Positions 30,220-38,800 of a stretch of 64,000 nucleotides of DNA are shown piece by piece. The stretch spans positions 40,242-104,241 of the IMG/VR virus record IMGVR_UViG_3300027749_000062; one strand, given 5' to 3'. Position 1 is the stretch's first letter. Each line of letters begins with the position of its first letter. The position numbers and the translations under genes were made by a program. This DNA is from a virus. The notes below the pieces were generated by a model. That model saw only the letters and a program-made list of their open reading frames with translations. It searched no databases and had not been told where the DNA came from.

Positions 30220-30549
30220 TTAAGTTGAATAACCAGCTTTTTGTTCTGGTGTTATTCCAGGCAATACACCCATCATCACAGGAAATTGGCCACTCTCTCC
30301 ATCCAAAAAGAAACCAACAACCCAATCATTGAGTTCAGGTGCACCAAATGTTTTTGAAGTATTTATGGCGTTCATTGGTGTAGCCCAAGGTAAATCCGCA
30401 TCAGGAATCAGAGTAACATTATCTGTGTGCCATCCAAATATTCTAACTTTACATCTTCCTAAACCCAATGGATCAGCTCTATTTTTAACAACACCCATCC
30501 ACCAAACAAATCCATTCAAACCTGCAAAATTAGTGGTCGCCTTTGACAT
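30220..30549 (-). CDS. gp5: gp5 N-terminal OB-fold domain as stand-alone ORF
   Basis: F.WW.GVV..R.DP..LGRC.VRI.G.H, DLPWA, WV.GFF.DG...Q.P..MG. Confidence 0.92.
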   Translation of the reverse strand: MSKATTNFAGLNGFVWWMGVVKNRADPLGLGRCKVRIFGWHTDNVTLIPDADLPWATPMNAINTSKTFGAPELNDWVVGFFLDGESGQFPVMMGVLPGITPEQKAGYST

Positions 30550-31904
30550 TATATAACTCCTTTAACCGCATTACTCCAACCAACAGAACCATTATTAGGA
30601 TCAGCATATAGATTAGGAACACTCTCTTTACATATTTCCAAAATAGTTCTATATTTAAATTGATCCAAAATGTGTCTCACCGCAGTAACCAAATAATTTC
30701 CTGAATAGAAATCATCTAAGCCTTTAGCTTGTCTAACTGGATCTTTTGAAAGTAAATTAAATTTAATAACAGATCCAACAGTCAATGCTGGATCACCCCA
30801 AACTGAAATTTTCATTCTATTATAATTTGCCAAAGGTATTTGTGCAGTTCTATTCGGTATGTAGGTCTCTGCAAAAATATCACGCGCAACTGAACCTGGT
30901 TTATTTTTTATGACAGCATAATCGTTTTGATTTGAATTTGCAAAAATCATTTTAAAAGATGCTTCTGGTGTTTGATATAAAGTATCACCGTTGCGATTTT
31001 TGTAATTGTTAGTTATTGGCCAATTGTTTAATTTTTCAACTTTGTTATTATAATCTGCGTAACTGAAATCTGTTACTTTATATCTTCTTAATAAAGGATC
31101 AACCGACAATAAACGATTTGCAAACATACCTTGATTTACACCAGCTAATGTATCAAAAGAATCCATTATTTCATATGAAAGTGCATTGTATAAATTGTAT
31201 GGCATATCGACAACATTTAAATTCCTAGGAGAATAATTATATTCTCTCATTGGACTTTGTTCATACAAATTTTGTAAAGACCTAAAATTATATCCAAATT
31301 TATTCTCATAAAATAACATATCAGCACCAACCATAGTAATAGATCCAAAAGCTCCTGGTCTTGCATATGTAGCCAACCAATTGATAGCATCAAAAGGTTT
31401 TAAAAATGGAACTATGAAATCATAAACACCATATGTATTATCTATTTGCCCCATTCTATTATCTGGCACCTGTAGATATGTCTTTAATATATCTTTTATG
31501 TTTGTCGTTATATCTGAATTTTTATAAGACTTACTTATTTTATATTGTTCAGAAAGAAACAATTCTTCAGAACAAAAGTAGATTGAATATGTTTCTGTAT
31601 TTCCTTCATTCAAAGATTCTCTTTTACTTATTGTAAAAATGCGAAAACTCTTTTTAATGATGTTTGTGGTATCATCAGCTTGACCAAAATGTAAATGAAT
31701 GAATTCATTACCAGACATACTTAAACTATTTGCTAAGTCTATGGAATCTTTAATCATTACATAACCGGAAGCCGTGTTATTAAACAGATCCTCATTATAA
31801 GATATTTCTATAAAATTAAAAGACAAATCAATATCACTAGTGGCTGAATGAACAACTATACTAATTAATTGAAAATTACCTGGATATCTTAAATTGTTTG
31901 CCAT
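30549..31904 (-). CDS. Baseplate hub protein (gp27-like)
   Basis: I.Y.EDLF, P..AINWL, FYEN..G..F.SL, GD..L.VG..I, SG.YLV..VRH; between gp53 and gp5. Confidence 0.7.
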   Translation of the reverse strand: MANNLRYPGNFQLISIVVHSATSDIDLSFNFIEISYNEDLFNNTASGYVMIKDSIDLANSLSMSGNEFIHLHFGQADDTTNIIKKSFRIFTISKRESLNEGNTETYSIYFCSEELFLSEQYKISKSYKNSDITTNIKDILKTYLQVPDNRMGQIDNTYGVYDFIVPFLKPFDAINWLATYARPGAFGSITMVGADMLFYENKFGYNFRSLQNLYEQSPMREYNYSPRNLNVVDMPYNLYNALSYEIMDSFDTLAGVNQGMFANRLLSVDPLLRRYKVTDFSYADYNNKVEKLNNWPITNNYKNRNGDTLYQTPEASFKMIFANSNQNDYAVIKNKPGSVARDIFAETYIPNRTAQIPLANYNRMKISVWGDPALTVGSVIKFNLLSKDPVRQAKGLDDFYSGNYLVTAVRHILDQFKYRTILEICKESVPNLYADPNNGSVGWSNAVKGVI

Positions 31905-31905
31905 G

Positions 31906-32565
31906 TCACATTTTCATCAAATTATAAAACTGCATTTCAAATTCAGAAACATATTTTGCGTTAACCAAGTAAATTGACCTACGAGATTCGTTTAGATTCA
32001 ATTCATAATCATAAATTGTTTCTGTATACTTACTAACTATTTGTGTTACTTGAGCACCAGTTGTAAAAGTTCTTACAATTGTATCTTCTTGTATAGTCAG
32101 ATATTCATCAAGACTAACATGATAATTTAATATGTTTGCCTTGTTTGTACTGTTGTCTATTGTTTTAACAGATTTAACATAGTATTTTATCTGGCCTTGA
32201 GTATAAGATAAAATTTGAGCAGATGTTACTGAACTTTCTGGAATGTTATAAAATGTTGCACAATCTGGAGTATACTTATTTTTAATATAAGTGGTGAATA
32301 AATTAGAATTCATTGGCCAATCCCATTGTGGGTCAATGATTTGATTAGCGAACAGAACAATCCAGTAACGATATGGATCTTCGTAGTACTTACTTGCAAT
32401 TATTTCAGGTGAATCACTATCTTTCACATTATATGAATAGAACAACAAAGGATTCTTCAACAAGCTAGGTACAATTTCAGACCTGACCATAAGATTGGTC
32501 AACAATATCTTATTTCCGCTGTAATCGATACTTGATATTTTAGGTAGAGTTTCAAAATATTTCAT
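31906..32565 (-). CDS. gp53: Baseplate wedge subunit gp53
   Basis: YF...P, D.PE.IA..YY.D...YWIVL..N.I.DP..DWP, YE..LNE.RR.I. Confidence 0.92.
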   Translation of the reverse strand: MKYFETLPKISSIDYSGNKILLTNLMVRSEIVPSLLKNPLLFYSYNVKDSDSPEIIASKYYEDPYRYWIVLFANQIIDPQWDWPMNSNLFTTYIKNKYTPDCATFYNIPESSVTSAQILSYTQGQIKYYVKSVKTIDNSTNKANILNYHVSLDEYLTIQEDTIVRTFTTGAQVTQIVSKYTETIYDYELNLNESRRSIYLVNAKYVSEFEMQFYNLMKM

Positions 32566-33674
32566 TATCTTAATCCTGCCTCTCCACCTTGAAATCCATC
32601 TCTCAGTCTTTTCCTATCTAAAATCTCAACTTCTTGGAAAGTTAGTGTTAGATGTGTTTGAACTGGCGCACCAGCACCTTGGCCCGATTCGTCTCCACTA
32701 TGTGCAGCAAAACCATTAGGTGCATAATCGACAGATATATCATCTAATACACAATCTGTATATTTTGGTAAATTTATATTTTCAACACCATTCTTCATAA
32801 ATTTAACTTGAAAAAGAGCGGGTGGAGTTAAAAACATAGCTTCTTTCGCTGTAGCTACACCAACACCAACTGTAGGAGCCGCAAAAAATTTGAACAAATA
32901 TATAATTTTCCTAACTACTTCTGCTTCTGGACCTGACACAGGTGTAAATAAAAAATCCAAAGAAAAAGTTCTAAACTGAGAACCTCGGTAAATCATCTGT
33001 AGTTGAGGATTCGATGTGTATCCTTGTGTTTGCAGTAAGGCTTCAGTTATTCCTCCACTGCCACCCAATAATCCTACTATTTTATCAACAGAAAATTTAA
33101 TAGTTGAGGGATCGTTTGATATAGAGTCTAGTACAGTTCCTGAAGAACTTGCAGCATTACCCGCTATCGAAGCTGCAGACCTTATTCCACCTAATATTGG
33201 ACCAAGGTCATCTCTTATACTAATTGAACCATAATCTGGATTATAATTATCTTTTAAAGAATCTGGCATATACAAATTAATAAATGCTTTAACTTGTGTC
33301 CTGTTGGATTGTATATCCATTGCTTCACTTGCAGATTTAAGAAAAGATTTAAGACTAGAAAAAGGTCCTTCTTCTGTGGTATTTATTTCTAAATTTGGGT
33401 TTTCTTGCAATTTAGTGGACGCATTGTTAGCTGAACTTAGGGCGGTTTTAACCTCTGTTACTAATTTATCTAATTTTTGTGGTACAATGTCGTAGACAGT
33501 AAATGCAACATAATGAGGATAATTGACACTTCTAAGTTTAAGTGGATATTGAACAGTTTCAAAAGCATTGGGGTCTGTATCCAACACAGCCAATGGACCA
33601 ATTGATCCTGTTGATAGACCATTTGTCTTGAGAGCAGTAGCTTGTTCAACGGTCAATACTTCAATAGCCGCCAT
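32565..33674 (-). CDS. gp48: Baseplate tail-tube cap gp48
   Basis: YP..L, I.LYMP, NP....Y.G..FR.F...F.F.P, C.L..I.VDYAPNG, L.L.F.E.E. Confidence 0.85.
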   Translation of the reverse strand: MAAIEVLTVEQATALKTNGLSTGSIGPLAVLDTDPNAFETVQYPLKLRSVNYPHYVAFTVYDIVPQKLDKLVTEVKTALSSANNASTKLQENPNLEINTTEEGPFSSLKSFLKSASEAMDIQSNRTQVKAFINLYMPDSLKDNYNPDYGSISIRDDLGPILGGIRSAASIAGNAASSSGTVLDSISNDPSTIKFSVDKIVGLLGGSGGITEALLQTQGYTSNPQLQMIYRGSQFRTFSLDFLFTPVSGPEAEVVRKIIYLFKFFAAPTVGVGVATAKEAMFLTPPALFQVKFMKNGVENINLPKYTDCVLDDISVDYAPNGFAAHSGDESGQGAGAPVQTHLTLTFQEVEILDRKRLRDGFQGGEAGLR

Positions 33675-33707
33675 TTATTTTTCCTAAAAAGATTATACAT
33701 ACTATTT

Positions 33708-34142
33708 ATGGCATACTCAGGCAAATTTATTCCCAAATATCCACAGAAATATGTGGGTGATTACACTAATATTATTTATCGCTCTTCCTGGGAGTGTAAG
33801 GTGATGTATTGGCTAGATTCAAACCCAAATATCGTTTCATGGGCGTCAGAAGAACTTATAATCCCTTATATATCACCCGTGGATGGCAAAAAACATAGAT
33901 ATTTCCCAGATTTTATAGTTAAATCTAAGACAAAAGATAATAAATTGAAGACAACCATCATTGAAGTTAAACCAAAAAAGCAATCTGTAGAACCTGAAAA
34001 AAAGAAAAAAGTAACAAAGCAATATATCCAAGAAGTTACCACATGGGGTATCAATCAGGCTAAATGGAAAGCTGCAACAGAATATGCATTGGACCGAGGT
34101 TGGGAGTTCATGGTGATAACGGAAGACCATTTAGGTCTCTAA
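33708..34142 (+). CDS. gp4: Head completion nuclease gp4
   Basis: MAYSGKF.P..P.KY.GD...I.YRS.WE, HRYFPDF, IE(V)KP, NQAKW.AA; start moved to 33708. Confidence 0.93.
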   Translation: MAYSGKFIPKYPQKYVGDYTNIIYRSSWECKVMYWLDSNPNIVSWASEELIIPYISPVDGKKHRYFPDFIVKSKTKDNKLKTTIIEVKPKKQSVEPEKKKKVTKQYIQEVTTWGINQAKWKAATEYALDRGWEFMVITEDHLGL

Positions 34143-34153
34143 CTAAATAGTAC

Positions 34154-34777
34154 ATGGAATCTAAATTAACAACATTAGCAGAAGAAAAGAAACAGGCAGG
34201 CCTTAAAACCATGTCGAAGGATTCTATTGCTTGGTTAAAAGAAAAGATTGTTGAAATCAAAAGACCAGATAAAATATCTGCCGCCATTAGAGGTGAGACA
34301 TTTAGAAAAGCTAATCAGTTTAAGATAGGAATGATGTATTGTTTTTTTTATGATCCAAAAACAAAAGATGATTTACCGTATTGGGATAAATTTCCAGTAG
34401 TTTTGGTATTAGAAAGGTACAATGATGGTTTTCTAGGATTGAACTTGCATTATCTACCAATAAAATACAGAATGGCATTTCTGTCTAAACTGATGAGGTT
34501 TGCTCAGTTGACAGCAGAAGATGATATTAAGCGTATGCGTATATCCTATGAGATCCTAAACTCAGCCAAGAGATACGCAGAGTTCAGACCAATGTTGAAA
34601 AGATACTTATTTGGTCGCCTTAGGTCAAAATTACTAATGATTCAACCAAATGAATGGGATGTTGCATCAATGTTACCTCTACAGCAATTTAAAGGTGCTA
34701 GAACTTCCACAGTATGGAAAGATTCTATGCAACATTACAAAGACCATATGGCACACTTTAACCAGGAAGAAGAATAA
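34154..34777 (+). CDS. gp2: DNA end protector gp2
   Basis: YDPK.K..LPY.D.FP, GFLGLNLHYL. Confidence 0.93.
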   Translation: MESKLTTLAEEKKQAGLKTMSKDSIAWLKEKIVEIKRPDKISAAIRGETFRKANQFKIGMMYCFFYDPKTKDDLPYWDKFPVVLVLERYNDGFLGLNLHYLPIKYRMAFLSKLMRFAQLTAEDDIKRMRISYEILNSAKRYAEFRPMLKRYLFGRLRSKLLMIQPNEWDVASMLPLQQFKGARTSTVWKDSMQHYKDHMAHFNQEEE

Positions 34778-34778
34778 A

Positions 34779-35354
34779 ATGGGTACAATAAGTCAGTTTA
34801 CAGCTAAAATTGGAGAAATTGCAAGGCCTAAACTTTTTGATGTTACTATTTCTCCGCCTGGAAAATTTCTTGGCGCAGCTGGAGGACCTGGATTTTTGGA
34901 AAATAAAGGTCTCAAAGATTTAAAATCTGTTGCAACAAATTTTAATTTTAAATGTGAATCCACAAATATACCAGGAAGAACATTTGCTACGACAGAACAA
35001 AAATTTGGATCAAATCCAACAGAAAAACATGCATATCATACAACATATAACGATATTGATATGACTATTATTGTTACGGAATCCGGCGAAAAAAATAGAG
35101 GATTACGAGAAAAAAGATTCTTCGATGCATGGATGAATTATATTAATCCATTAGAAACATATGATTTTATTTACAAACAAGATTATGTTGGGCAAATAAC
35201 AATCAATCAGTACAATAGTTCAGGTGATGAGATTTTTGCTTGTACATTACTCGATGCTTTTCCAATTTCTGTCAATCAACTAGATTTGGATTGGTCAAGT
35301 GATGGTTATCACAAATTAAATGTAACTTTTGCCTATACTCGTTGGATAGCTTAA
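34779..35354 (+). CDS. Tail tube-like protein (gp19/gp54 family)
   Basis: ARP.LF.V, C....IPG, FD.W, L.DAFP, L.V.F.Y..W; start moved to 34779. Confidence 0.8.
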   Translation: MGTISQFTAKIGEIARPKLFDVTISPPGKFLGAAGGPGFLENKGLKDLKSVATNFNFKCESTNIPGRTFATTEQKFGSNPTEKHAYHTTYNDIDMTIIVTESGEKNRGLREKRFFDAWMNYINPLETYDFIYKQDYVGQITINQYNSSGDEIFACTLLDAFPISVNQLDLDWSSDGYHKLNVTFAYTRWIA

Positions 35355-35388
35355 CTTATATAATTACTTAATGAAAAGGAAATAGACT

Positions 35389-36114
35389 ATGGCTTTACCA
35401 AAAATAGATTCACCAATCTTTGAATTGACTTTACCACTCAGCAAGAAATTAGTACGCTTCCGTCCTTTCTTAGTGAAAGAACAAAGAAATCTAATGATGG
35501 CTATGGAGGCAGATGAAAGAGAAACAATTGAAAAGAACATCAAGCAAGTTCTTCATAATTGTACCTTGACAGAGAATATTGATATTGATAATCTACCTAT
35601 TATCGATATTGAATACTACTTTATTCAACTGCGAGCCAGATCCGTTGGTGAAGTTGTACAAAACAAATACCGTTGTGAGAACAAAGTAGAAGATAAATCT
35701 TGTGGCAACTTGATGGAAGTTAACATAAACCTATTAGACATTAAGATTACTGAATCACAAGAAAACAATTCTGAGGTTCAACTTACAGATAATATTATGA
35801 TTAAATTGGGTTATCCAAAGTTTTCTGCACTTGATTCTGTGAAAGATTCAAAAAGTTCTACAGATATAGCTTTTGAAATGATTGTGAATAGTGTTGAACA
35901 TATTTTTGATGGTGAACAATTCTATTATGCAAATGAAACAAGTAAAGAAGAATTGATTGAATTTATTGAATCTTTGAATCAAGAACAATTCTCCAGAATC
36001 GAAGATTTCTTTGATAATCTTCCTGTATTGAATAAGCGAATTGAAATGGATTGTAAGAAGTGTGGTTTTCATCATACTATTGAGGTGGAGGGCCTCGAAA
36101 ATTTTTTCGGGTAG
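35389..36114 (+). CDS. gp26: Baseplate hub assembly protein gp26
   Basis: MALPK, FRPFLVKE, DIEY.F..LRA.SVGE, C..CG, EGL..FF. Confidence 0.92.
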   Translation: MALPKIDSPIFELTLPLSKKLVRFRPFLVKEQRNLMMAMEADERETIEKNIKQVLHNCTLTENIDIDNLPIIDIEYYFIQLRARSVGEVVQNKYRCENKVEDKSCGNLMEVNINLLDIKITESQENNSEVQLTDNIMIKLGYPKFSALDSVKDSKSSTDIAFEMIVNSVEHIFDGEQFYYANETSKEELIEFIESLNQEQFSRIEDFFDNLPVLNKRIEMDCKKCGFHHTIEVEGLENFFG

Positions 36115-36302
36115 TGATGCGGCATGATACTTTGAGAAATTACTATACAACTAATTTCGCATTGATGCAGCATCACAAATATAGCCTGACTGAATTAGAA
36201 ACCATGTTACCTTGGGAAAGAGATGTTTATATTAGTTTGCTTACACAACATATTCAAGAAGAAAATGAAAAGATAAAACAACAAAACGCAACTAAGAGAT
36301 AA
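36114..36302 (+). CDS. gp51: Baseplate hub assembly catalyst gp51
   Basis: NYY.TNFALMQHHKYSL.ELE.M.PWER..Y. Confidence 0.9.
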   Translation: MMRHDTLRNYYTTNFALMQHHKYSLTELETMLPWERDVYISLLTQHIQEENEKIKQQNATKR

Positions 36303-36304
36303 AA

Positions 36305-38785
36305 ATGGAACAAAAAGTTTTCGACAGTATGCTCAAGTCCGGTGAATTTGAGCAAATGTTTAATGAAAATAAAATCAACGAATTGTTGAGTGTTGGAAAC
36401 TTGTCTAAAAAACAAATAGACAAATTGGTCGAGCTTGGTAAAAAATTATCTAAGAGTGAGTTAAAGAAAAGGCAATTAGAATTATCTAAACAGCCTGGAT
36501 ATAAAGAACATATATTGGTTCCGTTAATTCAAAAAATTCTTGCTGAACAAGGTCGTTCCCGTGATCCTGAGACTGGTCGATATGTAAGAAAGGCGGAACA
36601 ACCACCTGAAGAACAGAAACAAGAGGAAGAAGATCCTGAAGATTCAGGAGATGAACAAGACACAGCAGAAGAACCTGAAGATAATAAAGAAACGAAAACA
36701 GGTGGATTGGGTAATAGATTCAAGAAAATAGCCAAAAAGTTTATTCCTCAGAAAATGAAGAATATGTTTTTAGGACCCAAATCAAATACATCACAAACAA
36801 TAAATTCAAAAGTCAACACAGAATTATATACTAAAGTTGGTTCTTCTAAAAGACCTAAACTGCGTAAAGGTGACGGTGCAGGTACTGTAGGTGCTAAAAT
36901 TTACTCCATTTTAAGAAATGATATAGAAGAAAAGAAATTAACCAAAGAGTTAAAAAACAATTTTCGTGAGAGTAAAGTGGATAATGAAAAGAGAAGACAT
37001 GATGAGATAATGGAAGCTTTAGGTCACAGTAGTGGAGGTAAAACTGAGAAAACTGGTAAAAGTGATGAAGAAGTCGCTTCTAGTGGTGCCGGAGAATTGA
37101 TAACTATGTTAGGTTTAGGTGCAGCTGCGGCTGGCGCCATTGGTGCAGTTGGTGTGGCATCAATGAAAACAAGTTCATCACCAGCATCATCAGCTGCAGC
37201 TGCACAAATATCTACAAAAAAAAGACAATATTCAGAAGATTTACAATCACCTCCAGTTCCTTTAGGAGGTGATAAAACATCAACAGCGTCAACGTCTCCT
37301 TCAGCGGCCGGGCCAGAAGAAATAATTGGCCAACACAATCGTCTATCTAAAAATGTAGAATCAACAACACCAGCAGAACCAGCACCAGCGGAACCAGCAC
37401 CAGCGGAACAAGCACCAGCGGAACAAGCACCAGCAGAACAAGCACCAGCAGAACAAGCACCAGCAGAACAAGCACCAGCAGTATCAGCAACCCAATCTTC
37501 GGTGTCCAAAACATTTGTGGGACCTGGATTTAGTACTTCTGAAGGCACTCGATGGTCATATGTACTAGCTGGCGCGGATCCCTCTACATACACATTTTCC
37601 GCAAATACTGGCCAAAAGAAAAGCGACCTTGATTGGGGACCTAATTCAATTGGAAAAAATGGTGCAGCTGCAACGGCCATGGCCAAAGAAAAAAATAATG
37701 CAAGTAAATTGCCTGATTTGGTGGCCGTATTTGATATGCAATCCAAAAATCAAAAATTGGTTTCTCAAGCAGATATAGAAAGAGAGAAAGGCCGATACAT
37801 TCGAATAAAACCTGCAGCTGCAGCATCGGCAAAATCTAATGTTGCAACTGCACCAACAACGGCCGCAGCTGTTGTAGGTACGGCCGCTGCTGCAAAACCT
37901 GTGCCCGTTGCTAACGCTACAGCTACACCATTACCAGCTGAAGCTGCAGCTGAAGCTGCTGCAGCTGTTCCTGCAAAAGATACTTCGAGTGAAATGATTA
38001 TAGAAAATCAAGCTTCCACAACTGCAGCCAAAAAACCTACAGCAAAAAAAGAACCAAAAGCAAAACCTAAAACGCGACAACATTATACAGGAGATATGTT
38101 TGCTAAAGATATAAACGGTCATTTTGTTAATATGACAGAAGAAGTATATGGATTATATAAAGAATATTTTGATAAAACCGGAAAAGAAATTCCATTTACC
38201 AGTAATATTCGCACTGAAGCGGAGCAACAAGACGAGCGCAACAAAGGTAGATACAATGATAAAAAAGGCCGCTGGGAAACTTCAGCAGGTCGCCCTATCG
38301 CTGATTATAGTGAACACTTTATGGGTGCTGCTATTGATGTAAGTACCAAGTTAACTCCGGATATGAGGAAATTTCTTAAAGAAAATGGATGGTATCAACC
38401 ACTTCCCGTAGATGATGATGTGCATTGGGTAAAGAATCCAAATTTCAAGCCTGAGGAAAAAAAACCAGTTTTGGTAACACCAGCATTACCAGCATTACCA
38501 GCATCAGCACCAAAAAAGATTAGTTATAACACTTTAGACATAACACCAACCTTATTAGCATCAAATGATTCTGATAATTCTAGCACTCTAAGTTCAAATG
38601 ATGTTATGACTGGTTTACGATTAAATCAAATTTCTTCCTTAAATATGGATCAGAAAAAAAGAAATACGATGCAACCTATCGTTCTTGTAAATAACACTAC
38701 AACTATAATAGGTTCAACTAAAAAAGAAACCACTTCAATACCAACAGATCCTGATTACAATGCATATTCTCCCTATGCAGCATAA
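36305..38785 (+). CDS. Tape-measure-like virion protein with M15-type peptidase domain
   Basis: Follows gp51; long helical/low-complexity; S..R...EQ, SEH..G.AIDV and D.VHW Zn-peptidase motifs. Confidence 0.65.
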   Translation: MEQKVFDSMLKSGEFEQMFNENKINELLSVGNLSKKQIDKLVELGKKLSKSELKKRQLELSKQPGYKEHILVPLIQKILAEQGRSRDPETGRYVRKAEQPPEEQKQEEEDPEDSGDEQDTAEEPEDNKETKTGGLGNRFKKIAKKFIPQKMKNMFLGPKSNTSQTINSKVNTELYTKVGSSKRPKLRKGDGAGTVGAKIYSILRNDIEEKKLTKELKNNFRESKVDNEKRRHDEIMEALGHSSGGKTEKTGKSDEEVASSGAGELITMLGLGAAAAGAIGAVGVASMKTSSSPASSAAAAQISTKKRQYSEDLQSPPVPLGGDKTSTASTSPSAAGPEEIIGQHNRLSKNVESTTPAEPAPAEPAPAEQAPAEQAPAEQAPAEQAPAEQAPAVSATQSSVSKTFVGPGFSTSEGTRWSYVLAGADPSTYTFSANTGQKKSDLDWGPNSIGKNGAAATAMAKEKNNASKLPDLVAVFDMQSKNQKLVSQADIEREKGRYIRIKPAAAASAKSNVATAPTTAAAVVGTAAAAKPVPVANATATPLPAEAAAEAAAAVPAKDTSSEMIIENQASTTAAKKPTAKKEPKAKPKTRQHYTGDMFAKDINGHFVNMTEEVYGLYKEYFDKTGKEIPFTSNIRTEAEQQDERNKGRYNDKKGRWETSAGRPIADYSEHFMGAAIDVSTKLTPDMRKFLKENGWYQPLPVDDDVHWVKNPNFKPEEKKPVLVTPALPALPASAPKKISYNTLDITPTLLASNDSDNSSTLSSNDVMTGLRLNQISSLNMDQKKRNTMQPIVLVNNTTTIIGSTKKETTSIPTDPDYNAYSPYAA
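37370..37480 (+). repeat. 15-bp tandem repeat x7 (PAE(P/Q)A)
   Basis: CCAGC(A/G)GAAC(C/A)AGCA units read directly. Confidence 0.95.
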
Positions 38786-38800
38786 CAAAAGAGAATAAAA

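Noticed and set aside
11320-30549. Stop-codon reassignment explaining split genes
   Set aside because: Splits end in TAA with spacers and new RBSs; other genes are intact under the standard code
37024-37746. 240-aa antisense ORF and other opposite-strand track ORFs
   Set aside because: Shadows of low-complexity or codon-biased genes on the coding strand
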